Assembly (NCBI GenBank): GCA_030704615.1
Contig: CM060733.1
Span: forward strand, 60,326,001-60,390,000
Source of the DNA: Takakia lepidozioides
Taxonomy: Eukaryota; Plantae; Bryophyta
Reading direction: 5' to 3'
Length of the DNA: 64,000 nucleotides
The position numbers and the translations under genes are program-made. Below the pieces are notes generated by a model. That model searched no databases. It saw only the letters and a program-made list of their open reading frames with translations, and was not told where the DNA came from. This document shows positions 55,801 to 64,000 of the stretch, in pieces. Within the stretch, counting starts at the first letter, position 1. Every line of letters begins with the position of its first letter.

Positions 55801-58800
55801 TTGTACTCATAAGACGTTGTTTGCCGTAGCCTTGTGGCCATTGACCCCGCGCCCAGTTTGAGCAGGAGAGAGAGAGAGAGAGAGGAGGGAAGCTGGGGAA
55901 GGGAAGCAAAAGAATAGATCTGCAGATTCCCTTGCACCTCTTTAGCACATGAGATCTTAGTAAATTGTTGTGACATGGGCCAGCCGAAGTTGGTGATTCA
56001 TGCTATGGATGTAATGCGGAAAGCTGCACTGGATAGAGGAGGTGTGGATGGTGCAGCGTATCATGACAGTTTGCTGCTGCATCTCGTTAGAATGGGCATC
56101 ACCCAAGGCTGCCTTCCTATCATTCTTGTCTCATCCGACAGGTGCACCCCATCATGGTTCTTGCAATTTTTAGTCCCACAGAGTGTTTTGGGACAGGATG
56201 TGTTCTCTCTCTATCCGTCTTTCAGTATGATTGGCAATACAACCACAGTCACTTGTGTCACAGCTGTTTGAGGCAGAGGACTTGAGAAGCCACCCTGGAG
56301 TCAGCCTCATGCTTTCTGTCTAGTGTCAATGCCAGCCCTTAAATGAACACTCAATTCCAAGTGGATTTTGTCGGCTTTTCGGGTGCACTACGGCATTTCA
56401 GACTGAGACTACTGGTGGGGTGGACGATCCATGGGGGCTATGCTTTCAAGGGTATGCGCATAGCCATCATTCAAGGGAATGTCAATGAGGACATTCTCTT
56501 CATTTCTCTTGCTCCCTCTCCTTTTCCACCAGCATGCTTACAACCTTTCGTTTGGACTTTTAAAGCACTGCACACTAAGGAAGGGTTCAGCTTAGTGGCC
56601 AACAGAACTTTCTATGAGGCTGTGTATAGAAAGTGGACTCACAGCTTTTTTATGGTGTGCAGTTATTATTCGTGGCAGCTATATGAAGATTTTGGTGACA
56701 CTGATGTGTTCATTTCTCGCGAGGTAATGCTTTCTCCAAGTTGTTGATAGACAGAAAGTGCAGATATATCTGGAAACTGGATGGAATAGAGGATGGAGGA
56801 ATACTTGTTAAATTGATTGATTCATAGAGGGTGTGGATATTTACCAAAAAAGGTGGTGATTAGAGGGTAGGAGATATAAAATAGTAAAATTTTGTATCCT
56901 GTGAGAGAAGGACATATACAGTTTGATGTTGAGGTAGGGGATTCCATGCATATAAGAGTTTTTGGAATACAGGCTTTGGATGTCTTTGGCAACTTGAAGC
57001 CAAGCTATCCTTATGTAATCTGGTTCAGCTTGTTATTCATATGTTCTTGGGCTTGCGGGAATCCTTAGAGTGGACTCAGGAAGAATCTGTCCAGGGCCTG
57101 GGCAAGCTGTGAGACAGGCCTTTTCCATGTGTAATTTGCCAGCCTGGGGTCAAGATGTCATCTGCCTTGGAATCCCACTGTGGGCATTGGCAAGCATGCC
57201 ATGTTCGATATTCTCCAGTTTAAAATAGGGTTCTCGTCATGGAAGTCCACAATATTTTTTGCAAAGGGAAAAGGGATGAGCAGGTTTTTGGATGGACCCC
57301 GCAAGAAGCAGCACTTCATTTGGTCCCTGGTGTGGTCAGTGAAGCTGAGGTAGGTCTTTTCTTAGTCCCACTGTCTGTTAGGGCTCTCTGGAATCACTTG
57401 TACAGGATGATTGTTTTTGGAAAACTTGAGTAGACAGAAGGATCCAAGCAAATTAATCTGATGGTTTGAACTTGAGGTGCTATGCAATCATATGTGAAAG
57501 GGACAAGAACTGACCCAGTTGTGAATTGGAATGCGCAGTGGCGAGTTGTGTCAGGTGTACTGGGCCCCAATCCACGCCATCTCGCAGAGCTACAGTTCAT
57601 AAGACAAAGTCATGTCTTTTCTGAGTATGTGACATGCCCCTTTGCTCTCAGCACTTGGTCTTGTTGAGAAATTTCCTTTACAAAGAGCAAGTCATGTTGG
57701 TGTCAGTCTTCCAATAAGTGGCCAGAACTGGTAACCTGATGATCCCCGGTTGCTCAGTGCCCAACATTGCCCATCACTAGAAGGGAGACATATACTTACT
57801 GAAGACCAGTACTTGGGATTTCTGCCAGCACAATTCAGTTACCCACGCAGCATGAATGTTGTAGAAGTCTGGCTGAACATACTTAGGACTAAGCTGGCAC
57901 TCTGCTAACGGGAGAAGAAAGGGGTATGTTCACAGGCTCATAAAAGAGGATGATTCCACAACCATGGAGGATTCCATTGACCTCTACTTGGCATATTTGC
58001 AGGTAAATACATGGTCTCCATGCCGTGATTTAGGATGCATCAGTGAGATGACCTTGATGTTTTGTGAGTGCAGAATGATGAGTCTTCACAAGAATATGGC
58101 ATTATGGTCCAGTGATGACAGATATATATCATTCTTCATGTGCACTAAACTAAGTCTTACAAGCTTACAGCAGGATTCAGACAGTCTGTGGAATAATCAC
58201 ACCTCCAGCATACATTGAGATCCATTACCTGTGCGTAGGAACTGCTAGTATTGGTCGTGGCCATGTAAACCCCCTGCCTGCTCCAGGCCATGGTGCAGGC
58301 TACGATACCAAGTTGATTCTCATGGCACTACGAAATGAACATTTTAAAATAAATAATATTCTAAATTAGAACCTTAATGATTTGCAAGTCTTTAGAAGCT
58401 ACTCATGTCTTTATTTGTGTGGCTTCCCTTCTTAAGAGGGCAGTCAACCACTCCATGTTTTTCCTTCCTCCAATTTTCCTGCCCTGGTGTTAGAAGGATA
58501 TGTGGCACCTATAGATGAGTGTGCGCATGTCACTTAGTGGGAGAACTGGAGCGTTGTGGAATTAGTAATGAGTATTCTGTAACAGCACACAATTTGGTTT
58601 GTTGATGTTGCAGGTGACAGCAGTTGATCCAGCAATCGATGTGGCGCTGGGGTTACTACAGGAGTTTGCTGACAAAGCCAGGCTGGACCACATCAGCAGC
58701 CATGTGCTCCAGCATGGTGCACCCTGGAGGCATCCACCCAAAACCCCTCACAAGGACAAGCAGCACCAATGGGCCCAGCTGCAGATCATGGACCTCATTC

Positions 58801-60235
58801 AGGCCCTGGCTAAAGCGGAGTTTGGGGTGGGTGGAAATCAGCTTCACTAGATGCATGTGTGCCAGTTTATCCTTGCCTTCACTTTCCGTTGCCTTTGAAA
58901 TTTCGTTCTCTTCTGGCCCAGTTGGGGAAGCACCAGCTTGTTCTTACTGGTATGTGTACCAGACTGTCCATGATGAACACTGCATTGGTTATACGGACTA
59001 GCCATTGCAAGCCTGCCCAAAGAACATGTAAGGCAAGAAGCTATGCTGCCACTCCATTGTGGAGGTACTCCCAGCATTTCAACTCAACTCCTTGCAGAAA
59101 TGACGTGTGCCATTCTGCAGTAAAAAAGGTGGACTCCTGTGAAAGCAAGCCTAAAGTATTGTGTCTCTTCACCCTGCCACTACCTCCCATTTGAAAGGTG
59201 GACACCTTCTAACCCCAAAACCTTTCACTTTCAACTCAACAGCCCCCAGGTACACATACATTAGGTGACTGGTTAAACCAATGACCCCCCTTTGAATGTG
59301 GTTTTTAAACCGGTGACCATTGCAAGGCAGCCTTGTGCCCTAACCACTGCGCCATCTTTCGGATGTTTCATTTTGCAGCAAAGATACTGAGGTGCATTCA
59401 GTATATGTGGTTTCAGCCCTGCTTTGAAGTCCTACCTGAGTGTCTGTATGACATGGCAGGTGAATTATTTAGGTGGAGGCAAGGAGCTCTTGGATGACCC
59501 TGCAGCTCTTGCGCTTGTGGAGGTGGGCTTCCTTTAGTGCACATGTGCCCCCTCTCCTCTGCTTTGTTTCAAGGAAAGGGGCACCAAGATCAAACTTAAA
59601 TATAGAACTTGTTCAAGTAACATTTCAGTAAAACCAAGATAGCCGGAAAGGGCAAGCAGCAACAAAAAATTGTAAAGACCCTCTAAAGTTTCCAAACAGA
59701 GGCCTTTCTTCGCTCTGGCGGAGGGAGTGTCAAGTTGCACAGCAACACTCATGTCAGCTTAACCCTTATAGCCAGAAGGCAAATATCTTTCATCTCTTTC
59801 TTCCCTTGCTATCTCCCCCCATGCAAATTAGGTCTGTTCCATTTAACTTGGAACAGTCGGTGTGCTCAAAAGTGTACAGGGTTAGAGTTATATATGACAT
59901 ATTTTTGGTGGGGAGTGGCAGGTGGGTCTTCTCTATCAACAAAGGGCCCCCCCTTACATTAGACCAACATCAATCGGCTTTATGCGATGTCTTGTTCGAT
60001 GGTACTATTCTCTGTAAACGTTCATGTCTTTGCCAGAGATTCATCCTACCTATTACACTGAATAGACACTCATACATTGTACTAGAACTCTACAAGCAGG
60101 GGATTTAGCTTATGAACTGTGTGGTGCAGGCTTGTGAGACAGAAGTTGAGTTTCAGTTCGGCGGACAGCATCAGGTATTTTTGGCACCGGGTAGCACGGG
60201 GTCGAAGCTATCGGCATCTCATGATGGATTCATGA
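52804..60235 (+). CDS. Conserved plant P-loop NTPase-like protein of unknown function with a putative organellar transit peptide, ~13 exons
   Basis: R/S-rich first exon 52804-52923; Walker A LHGPRGVGK (~54030-54058); later exons PKLVI..YHDSLLL..LPIILVSSDSYYS, FGWTPQEA, VLGPNPRHL, DLYLAYLQ, GAPWRHPP, DDPAALAL, VGLLYQQRAP..RCLVRW and RGRSYRHL. Stop TGA at 60233-60235. Confidence 0.85.
55801..55865 (-). mobile_element. ~65-bp 3'-end copy of the RTEX-like LINE inserted in a (GA)n tract
   Basis: Family 3' end flanked by GA runs on both sides (55788-55800 and 55866-55883), inside an intron. Confidence 0.9.
59190..59357 (-). mobile_element. Probable tRNA-derived SINE in an intron
   Basis: Minus strand has A box TGGCGCAGTGG (59354-59344) and a degenerate B box GGTTTAAAAACC (59311-59300) at tRNA-like spacing. 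No full cloverleaf. The 3' limit is approximate. Confidence 0.55.
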
Positions 60236-61805
60236 TGTTACCGCTCTTACATCCGCGGTCAATCACTTGAAAGACTTTATTCCCAGATGCAGATTTAAGC
60301 CATTTGGTTGTAAGGATCTCTGATTAGATTTACAGAAATTGGAATTAGGGGGCTAGTCTAGGACTCATCATGGTTTGTCATCTTTCAGAATGGTGGGGCC
60401 AACATTTATGCCTGCCGGAGCTTCCATTAGGTTGGTGATTTGCCAAGCCAAAAACAATTTGCATACCAGCAGGGTTAGTGATACTGCTACTGCCCACCCT
60501 CTTGTCAGTGTACTGGTAGGTTACATCTATACATCTCCAAGGGATATAGGAAAGAATGCCACTGGCACCTCAGAATCATGTACAGATATGGAGATGTTCT
60601 CAAGATGGGTTGCTGCATTACTCTTGTTGGTCCTTTGACTGGACAGCTCTGTTATCATTGCTTGTGCTAGGATGGTATAGCCAGCACAAATGCTAGTTTA
60701 GCACGAGGAACATCGCATTCCTCGACAAGGGTTAACTGAAATTTAAGTATAGTCACAACCATCCTGTTCAATTTTTGTGGAAGCTTAAGAACAGTTTCTT
60801 AAATACTGGCATTTCATATATATGACCTGATGATTGTCAACCGACTTCTCCTGCCCGCCTCTAATAAAGATACTAATGGTATCCCAGTGGTATTCCGCCA
60901 TTACTCTAGTATCAGTGCCACAGGCTATTGGTTGTGACCAATTCGTCCTCCTGGTTCCACTAAAAGTTAACAGGGTAGTAAGGTGAATAGATCACATTCT
61001 ACGCTCTCTCAAGACCCCTATCAAGAGAGCCAGCCCCACCATCCCTATCAGCTTTGTTCACACAGGACAAACCAGTCACAAAACGCCTAACAAAATAACT
61101 AAATATTGCACATTCACCCCCCAATATTCACATACCAGAAAGCACCGTGAAAGCTATTGGAATGCTTACTCTACTCCAAGACTGCTGGGTACCTGTTACA
61201 CCCATGTTTCAGTAAACATACATGCCTACCTGCAACTCCTGGAAGCTCACAAATTCCCCCTCAGGATCTGGTGTACAACTATGCTACCCCGCCCCGCTGG
61301 ATGGCTCCACAAAAAGTGGCTCACCATAGCCATGTGTGTCCCATCACGTTGTTCACTTCAAAGAGAGTATCTCCCAAGGATTATGACTCTTGACGGCATT
61401 GGCATTATACAGATTTCTCTTCTCTCTCACACGGTATATGAATTGAGAGATTTCCACATCAGAAAATGATATCAGCACGTACTGAAGGAGCTCATAGAAG
61501 GACGATAAGATTTCGATTAGAACGCAGTGTGTCGAGAACGCTTATTTCTTCGAAGATGTATTTAGTTTCTGCTGGAATGGGTCAAGGACACTGTCAGCCT
61601 GGAGCCCAGACAGTTTAGCGACCCCAAGACCAAAAGATTTTAATGTCTGTACCTGCCTTCATAATCCCTGGAAAATGGGGAGGCATTGCAATGTCCTTCA
61701 GATTAACACTCTGTTTCCCCAGACTGGTGATTGGTGTGCGGTCTGGGAAACCCAGAGCTAGCATGAAGAACATCTACCCGCAGATTCCTTGTCGCTATCG
61801 ATTCC

Positions 61806-62101
61806 CAGGGGATGCAACAGTCTGCACGTTTGCAAATACAAACGATTTATTTTCCTCATGTTCCCTCTGGGCAGCAATTCTCATGTACCTGGGCAGGGGA
61901 AAATCTTGCTTTAAAATCTACAAATTACATGCAAATTGTTTTTGGCATTACTCGGTAGTTGTGCCACATTCACGGAGACGGCTCACGGAGTCCGTCGCAG
62001 TTAACGGGAAACGGCGACGGACGTCGTGACCGTCCATGGTGACGGACACCGAGACATCGTGTCCGTCACCGTCCAAAAAGCATTTCATATTTGTTCCCCT
62101 G
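61806..62101 (-). mobile_element. Right copy of the inverted pair; possible hAT-like MITE with CAGGGGA termini
   Basis: CAGGGGATGCAA at 61806 and TTGTTCCCCTG ending at 62101, with a GACGG-rich subterminal block. No TSD found. Confidence 0.65.
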
Positions 62102-63446
62102 GCAGACAAGAAGAGACTTTGGCGCTGGCCACAGTAGAATAGGAGAGGTGCATGAAATCCTCGCTCTGGTTTGATGATGACATGCACAAGTTTACCGATT
62201 GTGTTGCGATAATAGCGAACGTCACTGCTGGAAGGATTCTAAAGCAAGAGGCGGATATGCTCTTCGAGATCCAGCTAGCCTCCCTCTAGCCTCATACAAC
62301 AAGATCCCATCAGTGGGTACAAAACGGGTGTCAGGGGAATAAGCTTATAAGCGGAAGCGGTGTGCTAGATAAGCAACAGCAAAGCTGCATTGGGCTATCA
62401 GCCAGTATCTGCAGACTCGTGTCAAAGTCTCGTCATTAACTGGAGAGTACGACTTTGATGGGGCAGACAACTGGCATACGAGCATGACGGCGCCGCGGCC
62501 GCTCGGGGAAGCTTTTTCCGTTACAAGTCCACCCAGCTTTGACCCAGCACCGGGAGTCAATTTAGAGTGTATCACCGCAGGGAGGACAGTGTTGCGTGAC
62601 AGGAGGGTGCATAGAAAACTGGGCTTCATTCCTTCATCAGGTGGTTCATGTGTACCTCAGCATTCTAATTATTGATCAGCTTTTTAGAGTGCCATATCGA
62701 ACTCCATACATCAGCTAGATTGATGAACAGTCTAGCACTGGATGCAGGAAAATGGGTACTAATGGATGCCTCATCAGACTAACAGGCCAAAAATACAAGC
62801 TCACAGTTCACTATTCGCATTGGCCATGGTGGTTTCCAGATGTGGAAGCGATACAGAGAGGAATCGGATCAGCTTTGGATGCTGGCTCTGGGGTCGAGAA
62901 GATTTGGAAGTAGGCACACAAGCTGGAATTGCATGGACTATAGTAGTCACAGGCGTGACACAGGCTCGGTCTACAAGTGATGCTCCCCTTGTAATTGGAC
63001 CCCTCAACTCAGACAATGGTCGTCCAATATTGGAACCATCCTGCCTCTTGTTATACTGCTTTAATTTTTTTTCAGTTCCCCTTTTTCTTGGTTGGTTGCC
63101 AAGACAGTGGTATTGGAGTTGGCTTGGATTCATGAACCTGAGGAGGTTGACTCACAACCCTTTGTGCCTTTATCTCACTTTCAAAACCCTAAGCGATAAA
63201 CCTTAGAAGTCAGCTTGTGATCGAGGATTATGGGCCTTGACCGGAATCATTTAGGCCATCTACAAAACAAGTCAACCTTGTCTTCTTCACACTGAGGGAA
63301 GGAAAATAGCCAGGGCTATTCCTGACTGTCCAAAAAACAGAGAGGATTGCAGCGGCCAATGGGGAGGGAGGGCACGTGAGCTCGAATTGGTGATATGTGA
63401 GACCACATGTAGAGGCTAGTATACAAGTAAGATATTTAGGCGGTGG

Positions 63447-64000
63447 GCCCTCCTTCAACTTCTGGAGCTTGAGGGGTGGGCCCTTCCACAAAGCTCCACC
63501 ACCCAGACACTATATAAAGATGGTGAGGGCTGCCTTCTACATAGTTTTTTTAGCCTCCACCTTAGGCTTTGGTGGGCTCCGCAAACAGGCCCCTCGAAAA
63601 TCGAAAAATGTAAAACTGGAACATGAACCATCTTCAAATGAATAGGAATGTACAAAAGGGTTTGTAAACATCTAGGTTTCATGGACTTGGCTCGGGCCAG
63701 AGAATTTTTTTCTACTAATAATAATACATGAGCTAAATTACATCTCAGAGATCACAAGCCCCATGCATATCCTATTCATTTGAAGATGGTTTGAACGTTT
63801 GAACAAAAGTTTACATTTTTCAAGGGGCCTGCTTGCAAAGCCCACCAAAGTAAGGTGGAGGCCAAAAAAACCATGTAGAAGGCAGCCCTCACCCTCTTTA
63901 TATAGTGTCTGAAGTCTACGGTGGAGCCTTCTAGAAGGGGGCCACAGCCTCATCCGACTTCTATGGAAAGCTCTAGAACTAAGGAGAGCCCACTGCCTCA
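63447..64000. mobile_element. Foldback/MITE-like element with ~220-bp inverted arms
   Basis: Arm ~63447-63665 is the imperfect reverse complement of ~63755-63999 (e.g. CAGACACTATATAAAGA..GTGAGGGCTGCCTTCTACAT), with a ~90-bp loop. It runs to the window edge. Confidence 0.85.

Noticed and set aside
62480-63206. Possible gene (ORFs 62484-62675 and 62766-63206)
   Set aside because: No recognisable motifs; cannot be supported from sequence alone.

Overview
Eukaryotic nuclear DNA from a land plant, probably bryophyte-grade such as a hornwort (inferred from gene content, short GT-AG introns and the transposon spectrum). Five spliced host genes are recognisable: a small COX7c-like mitochondrial protein (-, 5926-6835), a TrmA/RlmD-family RNA uracil-5-methyltransferase (-, ~15752-22446) head-to-head with guanosine deaminase GSDA (+, 23608-26365), a 14-exon TMEM185/Fragile-X-F-like membrane protein with a C-terminal RING (+, 31791-49627), and a plant P-loop NTPase-like protein (+, 52804-60235). 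The first 15 kb are mostly decayed transposons: an intron-containing MULE/SWIM transposase relic with an array of 16-bp palindromes, a PRP6 fragment, an L1 interrupted by a chromovirus 3' end plus LTR, and a non-LTR element combining RNase H with a restriction-like endonuclease (Dualen/RandI-like). The most striking system is a young RTEX-like LINE family with nine copies here. All nine are in host introns and most touch (CT)n/(GA)n tracts. Its apparently single ORF carries three 47-aa repeats each with a KVYTRR motif. One copy has a twin-priming 5' inversion, and two copies form a ~2.9-kb inverted pair around ten exons of the RING gene. All calls come from motif recognition by eye; no database searches were run and exon coordinates are approximate.
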